Part shown: positions 1 through 8,193 of the stretch, in pieces | Layout: each line of letters starts with the position of its first letter | Numbering within the stretch: the first letter of the stretch is position 1 | From: a virus | Length of the DNA: 64,000 nucleotides | Strand: one strand, 5' to 3' | IMG/VR virus record: IMGVR_UViG_3300025168_000063 | Location: 1-64,000 of that record | Notes under the pieces: model-generated | Seen by the model: the letters and a program-made list of their open reading frames with translations, nothing else | Told to the model about the DNA's origin: nothing | Databases searched by the model: none | Made by a program: the position numbers and the translations under genes

Positions 1-284
1 CAATAGGGGTACTGGGGAGGTGGGCTATCCAAGAGGGTCAAAGGGTACAGCGTAGCCTAGACACTCCAAGCCCAAAGCCCCCTAGTAAATGTCCCAAATG
101 TACCTGTGGTTCAGACTTGAGTGTCTGAGAGTACTGAAGAATACTGGAATTTGAGTAGACTTGGCATCTGGAATGGTGGGCCAGTGTCTCATATATAACA
201 TGTAACATACATACGCCTTCCTAGCGAGCCCTGCAAATTTTTTGCGGGGTTTTTTCGTATACACCCATCCCCTTGCCCCCCGGA

Positions 285-297
285 TTGTTCATAACTT
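285..297. promoter_or_regulatory. TTGTTCATAACTT box (DnaA-box-like), copy 1
   Basis: Same 13-mer at 381, 584 and 4098; one mismatch at 3514; inverted at 2173, 6397 and 8084. Confidence 0.6.
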
Positions 298-380
298 TCG
301 GGTGGAATGCTAGCTAGTCTGGTGAAAAAGGGGTACCTTTATGGGGGGGGGACTATATATAACACCCCCGGCACGTAGAA

Positions 381-464
381 TTGTTCATAACTTTTGGAAA
401 TAATCGTGGAAATAGTTGCTAGTCTGGTATATTTTCCTGATCTTTATACTGTAAGATATAAAGA
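381..464 (+). promoter_or_regulatory. Composite early promoter (box + TTG-N20-GATCTTTA + degenerate palindrome)
   Basis: Box 381-393, TTG 416, GATCTTTA 439, inverted repeat tctttata...tataaaga 441-464. Confidence 0.7.
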
Positions 465-472
465 TAAACACT

Positions 473-583
473 ATGAGAGAGTTAATTAAGGCAGATCCAG
501 CCGAGTTTTTCGGGTCAATAGCAGTATTATTCATGATATTTGGTGCGTATTACGTGGCAATTCACATAGGATGCCCCTGCTAA
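473..583 (+). CDS. Small single-TM protein (36 aa, ends GCPC)
   Basis: Hand-translated MRELIKADPAEFFGSIAVLFMIFGAYYVAIHIGCPC, directly after a promoter. Confidence 0.6.
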   Translation: MRELIKADPAEFFGSIAVLFMIFGAYYVAIHIGCPC

Positions 584-649
584 TTGTTCATAACTTTAAA
601 AAATAAATGGTAAATACGTTGCATATTCCAATAAAAAGGCGTATATTTA
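584..649 (+). promoter_or_regulatory. Early promoter with upstream box
   Basis: Box 584-596, TTG 619, TATATTTA 642 (20-nt spacer). Confidence 0.75.
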
Positions 650-673
650 GATATAAATAAACAAACACACACT

Positions 674-1819
674 ATGAGACAAATTGTAAAGATTGAATTG
701 GACGGTACCAAGATGGTAGCTGTCGGCCTAGACGGCCAAGAAGTAAGTGGTATCCTATATGGAACCAGAAAACGTGCTCTAGAGAACCAGAAGGTACTAG
801 AGAATGTGAACGGTAAATGGAAAGCTATTGACTCTGCGGAGTGGTATGCTGCAGTTAAAGAGTATAATACTCCTGTGGTACCAGATGGTATTCCAGCAGA
901 GCATGCAGAGGTTATGAACATGATACACTCGTCATACAGCTTAAAGCCTAAATCGCTCATGATGAATGAGCTGAAGTGGAAGTATTTAATCAGGTCTGCA
1001 GTACGTGGTAAGAACATCATGATGGCCGGTCCTGCGGGATGCGGTAAGACTATGGCTGCAAAGGCTCTTGTTAACTCATTGGATAGACCGGAGTTTTATT
1101 TCAATCTAGGAGCTACTCAGGATCCTAGAGCTACCTTAATAGGTAATGTTACATTCGATAAAGAGAAGGGGACTGCCTTTTCTGAATCACTCTTCGTAAA
1201 AGCCATACAAACTCCGAACGCTATCATACTAATGGATGAGTTATCAAGAGCGCATCCTGACGCTTGGAACATTCTAATGACTGTTCTGGATGAGGGTCAG
1301 AGATATTTAAGACTGGATGAAGCAGAAGACCAAGCTACTATCAGGGTAGCAGACGGTGTTACATTCATTGCTACGGCTAATATAGGTAATGAGTATACTG
1401 CAACCAGAGTAATGGATAAAGCATTACTAGATAGATTTACGATCATTGAGATGGATACTTTGACAGCTACTCAGGAATGTGATCTATTGACTATGTTATT
1501 CCCTCTAGTACCAGTTAAGGACTTGGAAGGGATCGGTGAGATAGCAGCTTTATCACGTCAAGAAGCATCAAATGAAGTACCTAGAATAGACGCTGGTATA
1601 TCCACTAGAACGTCTGTAGAGGTAGCTTCTCTTATGTTTGATGGATTCACACTGTCAGAAGCGTCTGAAATAACGATATACCCACAGTATAATAACGATG
1701 GGGGAGTGGACTCAGAGAGAACATTCATGAAACAACTAGTTCAGAAGTACTGTGATGACGGTACAGATGAGGACTTATTTAATACAGAGGAGGTAGAGCA
1801 GAGCTCAACCGAGTCGTAA
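674..1819 (+). CDS. MoxR/CbbQ/NirQ-family AAA+ ATPase
   Basis: Walker A GPAGCGKT, Walker B ILMDE, sensor ATAN, arginine finger ALLDRF. Confidence 0.9.
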   Translation: MRQIVKIELDGTKMVAVGLDGQEVSGILYGTRKRALENQKVLENVNGKWKAIDSAEWYAAVKEYNTPVVPDGIPAEHAEVMNMIHSSYSLKPKSLMMNELKWKYLIRSAVRGKNIMMAGPAGCGKTMAAKALVNSLDRPEFYFNLGATQDPRATLIGNVTFDKEKGTAFSESLFVKAIQTPNAIILMDELSRAHPDAWNILMTVLDEGQRYLRLDEAEDQATIRVADGVTFIATANIGNEYTATRVMDKALLDRFTIIEMDTLTATQECDLLTMLFPLVPVKDLEGIGEIAALSRQEASNEVPRIDAGISTRTSVEVASLMFDGFTLSEASEITIYPQYNNDGGVDSERTFMKQLVQKYCDDGTDEDLFNTEEVEQSSTES

Positions 1820-1841
1820 GACATACATAGTAGTGTGTGTA

Positions 1842-1916
1842 GAGAGGTAATCACACATGTCAATAATCCATTGTAGAAGATCTACGTGAGGATGAGGCAT
1901 GTGTGATCGCCGTCTC
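1842..1916 (+). other. Long imperfect intergenic stem-loop
   Basis: gagaggtaatcacacatgtc pairs with ggcatgtgtgatcgccgtctc; inner atcc/ggat and gtaga/tctac stems. Confidence 0.6.
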
Positions 1917-1936
1917 AATTGTAAAGGAGAAAACGA

Positions 1937-2161
1937 ATGGAAGAAGTTATAAACATATTGGGTAGCCCAAGTCCGTGGCTCATGTGGGTGAATCTAGCAG
2001 TGATCAGTGTGCTTTGCTGGGTCATAGAGAGGCTAGCCAGCAAGATAAAGCGTATGGAGAAGAACATAAGTCATATGGACCGGGGTATAGCAAGGCAGTC
2101 ACAAGCCATCACTCAGATAGTGAGGAAGGTGTACGGAACAGAAGGTCAGGTGGTCAACTAG
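1937..2161 (+). CDS. Small membrane protein with coiled coil
   Basis: AAGGAG SD; TM segment WLMWVNLAVISVLCWVI. Confidence 0.7.
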   Translation: MEEVINILGSPSPWLMWVNLAVISVLCWVIERLASKIKRMEKNISHMDRGIARQSQAITQIVRKVYGTEGQVVN

Positions 2162-2595
2162 GAAGTTATGAAAAGTTATGAACATTTCAGGGCACTAGGG
2201 AAATATTTTTTTTATAATAGCCACACACAGCGGTGTTTATATCGACCTCAATTTTTTTACTATAAGGATCGTAGACATAGCATCCGTACCACGGACCAAG
2301 TATACGAAGTCCCACAATCAACGCTGGCTAGCCGGCATTTTAAATGAAAGCATACATACTTATATACAATGAATAAAAGAACATAAACACATTCTGACCC
2401 CCAAACAAAGGAACCCTGATCTGGTTCCAGAGTTACCCCAACAACGTCATAACTAGATATAAGTCCAATATAAACTTGGCTCGTATTACGTCGTGCGGTT
2501 ATCAGGGAAAGAATTAAACAAGCTGCTGGAAAGGTTAGCCCGCAGTAGGTTATATTAATTATTAACACTAACCATTAACACAGAGGAAAGAAACA

Positions 2596-3003
2596 ATGAA
2601 AAATCTTTTAATGACTATCGCTCTAGCAGTAATTACAATTGCAGCTTCAGCACAGACAAAAGGTGATTGGTACGTAGGAACAGGCGACGTTGCAAACGTA
2701 GCATGGACTGAATGGTCTTTGGCTCCAACAGTAGGATACGGTGTAACCGATAATCTTATGATTGGAATGTCAGCGGCACAAGCAGATTCTACAGCTGATC
2801 TAGATTTGGACTTCCACGCAAGATACTTTTGGAAAGGATACTTTGCTTATGTTGCTACAGACGGTTTATCTACGGATAACATGTCTTTAGGACTAGGTAA
2901 GATGTTCACGATTCATAAAGGTGTATTTGTAGATCCTAAAGTTGTATATGATGTAACAGCTAAGACTACAAACTTGACGTTGGGATTCGGATTAAAGTTT
3001 TAA
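2596..3003 (+). CDS. Outer-membrane beta-barrel protein
   Basis: Signal peptide ending ASA-Q, amphipathic beta strands, C-terminal LTLGFGLKF with terminal Phe. Confidence 0.8.
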   Translation: MKNLLMTIALAVITIAASAQTKGDWYVGTGDVANVAWTEWSLAPTVGYGVTDNLMIGMSAAQADSTADLDLDFHARYFWKGYFAYVATDGLSTDNMSLGLGKMFTIHKGVFVDPKVVYDVTAKTTNLTLGFGLKF

Positions 3004-3066
3004 GTTAACGTAACTCGGTGCGCTAGTATTTAGTGTATCAATTTAAAAACAATGGAGATTTATATT

Positions 3067-3291
3067 ATGGATAACGTAATTAAATACATCACAGGATTCT
3101 TTGCAGGATTAGCTACAGTTTTATTAGCAGTTCTTCCAGTAACAATCTTATGGACAGTTCTAACGGGCGGTTCAGTATTCGGAATGGATGTGATTGCAAA
3201 CCTTACAGGTCTAGTAAATGGATTTGGTTCAGGTGGATTTACAGGATTAGTTGTATTACTAATCATCATGTCATTCTTTGTTAAGAAGTAA
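3067..3291 (+). CDS. Small Gly-rich membrane protein
   Basis: Hydrophobic 74 aa; GGAG before ATG 3067 (track starts at 3052). Confidence 0.75.
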   Translation: MDNVIKYITGFFAGLATVLLAVLPVTILWTVLTGGSVFGMDVIANLTGLVNGFGSGGFTGLVVLLIIMSFFVKK

Positions 3292-3325
3292 TTCTTAGTT
3301 AAATGACCATCACGTGATAAAAGAA

Positions 3326-3351
3326 GCCCCTCCTTATAGGAGGGGTTTTTT
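3326..3351 (+). terminator. Intrinsic terminator
   Basis: gcccctcct-tat-aggaggggt followed by a T run. Confidence 0.9.
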
Positions 3352-3414
3352 ATTCTTAATAATTTGTTAATGTTTAGTTAATATGTCTTCTGGAGTTGGA
3401 TTGTATTTATTAAC

Positions 3415-3489
3415 ATGACAGATAAAATAGACATCTCCCCACTTGTATACGTTGTTCTGATGGTAACAGTATTCGCTTTGGCACTCTAA
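3415..3489 (+). CDS. 24-aa hydrophobic peptide
   Basis: MTDKIDISPLVYVVLMVTVFALAL; TATTTAT motif at 3404-3410. Confidence 0.45.
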   Translation: MTDKIDISPLVYVVLMVTVFALAL

Positions 3490-3513
3490 GCGGCCCGCGC
3501 TACCGATCCTTTC

Positions 3514-3617
3514 CTGTTCATAACTTTCCCAAACTCCACGAAAAATAATCCACCAAACTGTTGCATATTCGGATAAAAAGGGGGATCTTTATCTTGTAAA
3601 GATAAAGAGATTAATAA
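3514..3617 (+). promoter_or_regulatory. Composite early promoter
   Basis: Box 3514, TTG 3561, GATCTTTA 3584, perfect inverted repeat 3586-3608. Confidence 0.85.
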
Positions 3618-3632
3618 ATAATAAAAATAGAT

Positions 3633-4097
3633 ATGACAAAGAACAAAGAAATTAAGTACGGAATCGAAATTACAAAACCACATTCAACTGCAATGTACGA
3701 TCACAATGATCTAGTTGCAGAAAGCATGAAGCGTAACATCACGAGTGCCTGGGCTGATGAAATGATCAAGTTCAGTAAGACGGATGAATGGCCTTCAGCT
3801 GCAGCTCGTGATTCTAAAATGAATGATATACAGAGTAGCATATGTGCTACTGGTTTCGGTGATGGATTTACTATCGACGAAGTTCATACAGACTTTATGT
3901 CTAACTTGAGTGATATGGCTAACTGGCAATTGCATGAAGAGTATAGCTACTTACAATTCAAAGGACATGTTCCTAGAACTCACTTCATGATGATAGGATT
4001 CAATACGCAAGAGTGGCCTGCAGGAACACCTGTCAATTATGATTACACTAATGCGAATGAGTTATCTCCTTTTGCACCGAGTGTGCAAGTAAAGTAA
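3633..4097 (+). CDS. Hypothetical early protein
   Basis: 154-aa ORF after the promoter, A-rich leader. Confidence 0.75.
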   Translation: MTKNKEIKYGIEITKPHSTAMYDHNDLVAESMKRNITSAWADEMIKFSKTDEWPSAAARDSKMNDIQSSICATGFGDGFTIDEVHTDFMSNLSDMANWQLHEEYSYLQFKGHVPRTHFMMIGFNTQEWPAGTPVNYDYTNANELSPFAPSVQVK

Positions 4098-4191
4098 TTG
4101 TTCATAACTTTTATGAAATTAATTGCATGAATAGTTGCATAATTGAAATAAAAGGGGGATCTTTATCTTGTAAAGATAAAGAGATTAATAA
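4098..4191 (+). promoter_or_regulatory. Composite early promoter
   Basis: Box 4098, TTG 4135, GATCTTTA 4158, inverted repeat 4160-4182. Confidence 0.85.
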
Positions 4192-4201
4192 ATAATAAAA
4201 T

Positions 4202-4375
4202 ATGAAAACATTAACAATTACAAAATCCCAATTCAATAGATATGAAGGGTGTAGATTAAGTGGAGCGACTAATATGTTTGACTTAACTAATGTTAGATTG
4301 CTAACTGGTTTGGATAAGAAACAAATCATTACAATCATGGAAAACTACGATAAATTAAGTAATCAATATAAATAA
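4202..4375 (+). CDS. Small protein, DUF5049-like (SGxTNMFD)
   Basis: Hand-translated 57 aa MKTLTITKSQFNRYEGCRLSGATNMFD... Confidence 0.7.
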   Translation: MKTLTITKSQFNRYEGCRLSGATNMFDLTNVRLLTGLDKKQIITIMENYDKLSNQYK

Positions 4376-4381
4376 TTAAAT

Positions 4382-4639
4382 ATGACAAATGAATTGCCGA
4401 AAGGCTATGAGGTAGTAGAAGTTTCAGATGGGAACGGAGGCTACGAGTATCAAGTACAAAAGATTGATAATGAAGATTGGTGTCACTACTCAGGGATGCC
4501 ATCACCGAAAGCGTATGTAGCTGATCAGGACTTCTCATTGTTTAACGATAGTAGTTACAATGATGTGTTCAATACAGTAAACGAATTTTGGGCTGATGAA
4601 GATGCTCAAGATTCTAAATGGGGTAAATATAAAATATAA
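4382..4639 (+). CDS. Hypothetical acidic protein
   Basis: ORF in a tightly packed operon. Confidence 0.7.
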   Translation: MTNELPKGYEVVEVSDGNGGYEYQVQKIDNEDWCHYSGMPSPKAYVADQDFSLFNDSSYNDVFNTVNEFWADEDAQDSKWGKYKI

Positions 4640-4643
4640 AGAT

Positions 4644-4892
4644 ATGAATAAGAGTGAAATGATAAACTTGCTGTATAGTATGAAGACAGACTTACAGTTC
4701 TTGAAGAGAGATCTACAATTTCGTAGAGATGGTAACAATGTGGAGCATGTACTTGAGAAGTACGAAGATGATGATTACAAGTTTGCTTATCAATCGGGTG
4801 CATTTCAAGCTATGGCTCAGATGGATAATGATGCATTCGATCAAGCAGTCAAAACCATAAATAGTATTCAATTAAAGATGGAGCAAGTATAA
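4644..4892 (+). CDS. Hypothetical protein
   Basis: Likely start MNKSE just after the previous stop (track starts at 4596). Confidence 0.65.
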   Translation: MNKSEMINLLYSMKTDLQFLKRDLQFRRDGNNVEHVLEKYEDDDYKFAYQSGAFQAMAQMDNDAFDQAVKTINSIQLKMEQV

Positions 4893-5362
4893 TGAGGAAG
4901 CCTAAGCTTAAGCCTAGAGGCGGACGTACTGCATTCAATTGGTGGAGACGATTCAAGACGCATAAACCTTTATCAGCCAAGCATTCTTTGCTTGATAGAA
5001 TAGAACATGGAGACTTTGAGTATCCAGATCAATTCCAACAAGCTCAGTGGGAACTAGATTGGGCTCAGGAAGAGTGTGATGTATTTGCATCTAACTATAA
5101 AGGTAAGGATGATCCAAAAACTGATACACTTTATATAGATATTGAACGTAAAGGTAGGAAGCGTTATAACAAGTTATTTGAGAGCGCAATGAATACAGAG
5201 CAAGCTAGATTGATGTTGCTCCGTGAGTCGCTTGCTAAACACTTCTACACAAGGAATGATGTCATCGATTATATAATGGAATCATTTACAGGCAACACTA
5301 AACAGCTATTTGAATATTGCAAGAAAAATGTTGCTAGTCTGGAAAAAAAGTCGTATAGTTAA
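4892..5362 (+). CDS. Hypothetical protein
   Basis: 156 aa, TAATG overlap with the upstream ORF. Confidence 0.75.
   Translation: MRKPKLKPRGGRTAFNWWRRFKTHKPLSAKHSLLDRIEHGDFEYPDQFQQAQWELDWAQEECDVFASNYKGKDDPKTDTLYIDIERKGRKRYNKLFESAMNTEQARLMLLRESLAKHFYTRNDVIDYIMESFTGNTKQLFEYCKKNVASLEKKSYS
5331..5361 (+). promoter_or_regulatory. Early promoter
   Basis: TTG-N20-TATAGTTA. Confidence 0.6.
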
Positions 5363-5378
5363 ATATAAAAGAATAAAT

Positions 5379-6440
5379 ATGAAAGATGTTAGATTAGGAT
5401 ATGCGTGCATTAATATGACGCTAAGGAGCCGACCTAAGAAGTTAGGTGGTAAAGTATTAACTGGACGTACATGTCGTATGTCTTCTTGGAAGCCTACTTG
5501 GGATCTTCAGAAGATATCTGATCTGGCATTAGCTAATGCTACTGATCTTATGCATATACTTCAATGGAATCGTGAGCACGGTATAGATATGTTCCGTTTA
5601 GGATCTGAGCTGTTTCCATGGCATGACCATTATGAGTTATCAGAGCTACCTGGATACTCAGTCATATCATCTAAACTAATGGAGGTTGGTAATTATGCTA
5701 GAGAAAATAATATTCGCCTAACTACTCATCCAGGTCCGTTTCATGTATTAGGATCTCCTACTCAAGCTGTGATTGATAAATCTATTATAGGACTAGAGCG
5801 ACATTCTGAAACCTTCGATCTGATGGGTTACGATCCGTCATTCGATAATAAGATCAATATACATATTGGAGGTGCCTACGGTGGTCAATACGAAGCTACT
5901 GCAGAGAGATGGATAGGAGCTTGGAATAGATTATCTGATAACTGTAAGAAGCGTGTTGTGATAGAGAATGATGATAAGAGATCTCTATGGACCGTACAGA
6001 TGTTATATGATTACTTTCATAAGGAGATCGGTATTCCTATTACATTTGACTACCACCACCACTCATTACATCCAGGAGAATTATCTGAGGAGGAAGCTCT
6101 TAAACTAGCAGCTACTACTTGGCCTGATGATGTTCGTCAATGTACTCACTACTCCGAATCTAGGCGTAGGGAAAAGCATAATACTTTAATAGAGTTGTGT
6201 GATAGAACTCCTGGTATGGACTTTGATAACTTGGAGGATTGGCCTACATTTGCAGGACTCAAGAAAGAGTGGAGTAAGACTAAAGAGCAAGCTCATTCAG
6301 ATTATATTATAGATCCCATTAACACATACGGATTACCTATAGATATTGTTGTAGAAGCTAAAGCTAAGGAATTATGTATCCTTCAATACAAGAAAGAAGT
6401 TATGAACAATCGGAAAATAATCCATGAAAAAGTTGCATAA
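5379..6440 (+). CDS. uvsE: UV damage endonuclease (UvsE/UVDE)
   Basis: RLGYACIN, RLTTHPGPF, INIHIGG, IENDD, FDYHHH, HYSE, AHSDY, VEAKAKE motifs. Confidence 0.92.
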   Translation: MKDVRLGYACINMTLRSRPKKLGGKVLTGRTCRMSSWKPTWDLQKISDLALANATDLMHILQWNREHGIDMFRLGSELFPWHDHYELSELPGYSVISSKLMEVGNYARENNIRLTTHPGPFHVLGSPTQAVIDKSIIGLERHSETFDLMGYDPSFDNKINIHIGGAYGGQYEATAERWIGAWNRLSDNCKKRVVIENDDKRSLWTVQMLYDYFHKEIGIPITFDYHHHSLHPGELSEEEALKLAATTWPDDVRQCTHYSESRRREKHNTLIELCDRTPGMDFDNLEDWPTFAGLKKEWSKTKEQAHSDYIIDPINTYGLPIDIVVEAKAKELCILQYKKEVMNNRKIIHEKVA

Positions 6441-6489
6441 TCGAAAAAAAAGGGGGATCTTTATCTTGTAAAGATAAAGAGATTAATAA
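6397..6489 (+). promoter_or_regulatory. Composite early promoter, box inverted
   Basis: AAGTTATGAACAA 6397, TTG 6433, GATCTTTA 6456, inverted repeat 6458-6480. Confidence 0.85.
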
Positions 6490-6506
6490 TTAATAAAAAA
6501 TAAAAA

Positions 6507-6752
6507 ATGGAAAATTTACACACACTATCGGTAGCAGAATTAAATGAGTTAAAGAAACAAGTTGTTCAGATGATTGATCTGAAAGGTGGAATAGACATTC
6601 TTCTTTCTGAAGGAGCTACATGTACAGTAGATCATAACAAGACTAGAGGATCTATAGGTATCATCAAGAAGATCAACAAAACAAAATGTAAGATTGATTT
6701 TGGTGCGAAAGGTATAATGAATGTACCAAAGAATATGATTGACTTAGTATAA
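6507..6752 (+). CDS. Small protein, possible SH3-like C-terminus
   Basis: GIIKKINKTKCKIDF...MNVPKNMI. Confidence 0.65.
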   Translation: MENLHTLSVAELNELKKQVVQMIDLKGGIDILLSEGATCTVDHNKTRGSIGIIKKINKTKCKIDFGAKGIMNVPKNMIDLV

Positions 6753-7108
6753 TGAATATGAATAAAACAAACAACGATATTTGGATCCCGGAATTAGATG
6801 GATGGGTTAGTACAGATGAATATATAGAATCAGTAACACAAACAATTCAAAGTGAAGCGCCTGCAATACATTCTAATAAATATCAGATGAAGTTTGCGGG
6901 TTGTTCAGATCAAGATGGTAATCGTTGGAGAGAGCCATATATTAAAGTAGATGGTAAACTAACTGCAGAGATTATAACAGACATACTCAATGATGTTGGT
7001 ATTGATGCGTCGATCAATTGTTATGAGGATGATGATGGTTGGCCAGGACAGACTAGAAAATTGTGGTCTGTGAGGTTAGGAGTAAAAGTAAAAACAATAA
7101 ATAATTAA
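6752..7108 (+). CDS. Hypothetical protein
   Basis: Coupled ORF. Confidence 0.7.
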   Translation: MNMNKTNNDIWIPELDGWVSTDEYIESVTQTIQSEAPAIHSNKYQMKFAGCSDQDGNRWREPYIKVDGKLTAEIITDILNDVGIDASINCYEDDDGWPGQTRKLWSVRLGVKVKTINN

Positions 7109-7110
7109 AT

Positions 7111-7452
7111 ATGATAAAAACAGAAAAAAACAATTCAGTAAACCAAATGGTAAGTGTCCTTAAACAATTCGGACCAATGACAGAAAACGAAATTACTCAA
7201 ACAGCATTTAGTTATGATAGGAATAATTCCTATGGTGAATCAAATAAAAAGTATGCTGATATGCTTCGTAGAGGCTTAAAGAAGGGAATTATTGATAGAG
7301 TAGAAGTTCCAGATAATGCAGTAAATCTAACTAGAATAAATACTAAACCAACTAGAGCTAAGTTTATTTACTTTGCCACTAAACCCGTTGAGATAGAATG
7401 CTCATTGGAACAAGATATGGCATGGGCTAACGAATCTGAAAATATACAATAG
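7111..7452 (+). CDS. Hypothetical protein, possible winged helix
   Basis: GPMTENEI...LRRGLKKGIIDR...YFA pattern. Confidence 0.6.
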   Translation: MIKTEKNNSVNQMVSVLKQFGPMTENEITQTAFSYDRNNSYGESNKKYADMLRRGLKKGIIDRVEVPDNAVNLTRINTKPTRAKFIYFATKPVEIECSLEQDMAWANESENIQ

Positions 7453-7640
7453 TGGAAAGGTGGACACATACATATAGTGAGATGGGATCACGTGACAAGA
7501 AGACTGGTAAGTTGAAGTACTACGATGTAGTTAGAACTTCTAACAATGGCTTCAGTTGCGAATGCCCAGCTGCTATGTTTAGAAGATTTCAAGAATGCAA
7601 ACACGTAAAGAGATTAAAGGAAAAACTCGCAATAAACTAA
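7452..7640 (+). CDS. SWIM zinc-finger protein
   Basis: CECPAAMFRRFQECKH (CxC...CxH). Confidence 0.75.
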   Translation: MERWTHTYSEMGSRDKKTGKLKYYDVVRTSNNGFSCECPAAMFRRFQECKHVKRLKEKLAIN

Positions 7641-8086
7641 GAAAGAAACACGTTCGGTTTGAGCATTATATAGATATGTTCAAGCCTAACAGTGGTGCTA
7701 CTCGTCAACAGATGTGGTGGCCTATTCTAAAGCACAAGCTCATTCCTTATGAGTGTGGTGAGTGTGGTATAGGTACTGAATATAATAACAAGTTAATGAT
7801 TCTCCAAATGGATCATATCGATGGCAATCCAGAAAACCACCACCTAGACAATCTACGATTGTTATGTCCTAACTGTCACACACAGACCGATACCTATTGC
7901 ATTCGTGATGGGTTCCAAACTAGAACTAGAGAGTGGGATCCTAAACATTTAGAAGAAGCCTTCCTAGCCAATTGGAGCTTTGGAGGTGTCGCTAGATATC
8001 TTGAAAGAAAGCATGATATTAAGAGTGTAAATAAAAAATATCTTATGATAGAACAGATGAGGTATGGATTAAAGTTTGGAAAATAG
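7595..8086 (+). CDS. HNH endonuclease
   Basis: CGECG...DHIDGNPENHHLDNLRLLCPNCH. Confidence 0.88.
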   Translation: MQTRKEIKGKTRNKLRKKHVRFEHYIDMFKPNSGATRQQMWWPILKHKLIPYECGECGIGTEYNNKLMILQMDHIDGNPENHHLDNLRLLCPNCHTQTDTYCIRDGFQTRTREWDPKHLEEAFLANWSFGGVARYLERKHDIKSVNKKYLMIEQMRYGLKFGK

Positions 8087-8177
8087 TTATGAACAATTGG
8101 AAAAATAATTGGTTAAACTGTTGCATATATGAGATAAAGTCCGTATCTTTATCTTGTAAAGATAAAGAGATTAATAA
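8084..8177 (+). promoter_or_regulatory. Composite early promoter, box inverted
   Basis: AGTTATGAACAA 8085, TTG 8121, TATCTTTA 8144, inverted repeat 8146-8168. Confidence 0.85.
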
Positions 8178-8193
8178 CGAATAAAAAATAACA

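Noticed and set aside
912-920. TTATGAACA box inside the AAA gene
   Set aside because: Coding context (VMNM) with no promoter core at the expected distance; probably chance.
2493-2550. SAM-I riboswitch or SRP RNA
   Set aside because: TTATCAG and a GGAA loop are present, but the SAM-I core (GCAACC, GTGC, GAT) and the SRP AGCAG loop are not.
3585-8177. CRISPR array from the 33-nt repeats
   Set aside because: Copies are 0.6-2.3 kb apart, separated by whole genes and embedded in promoters; no cas genes in the window.
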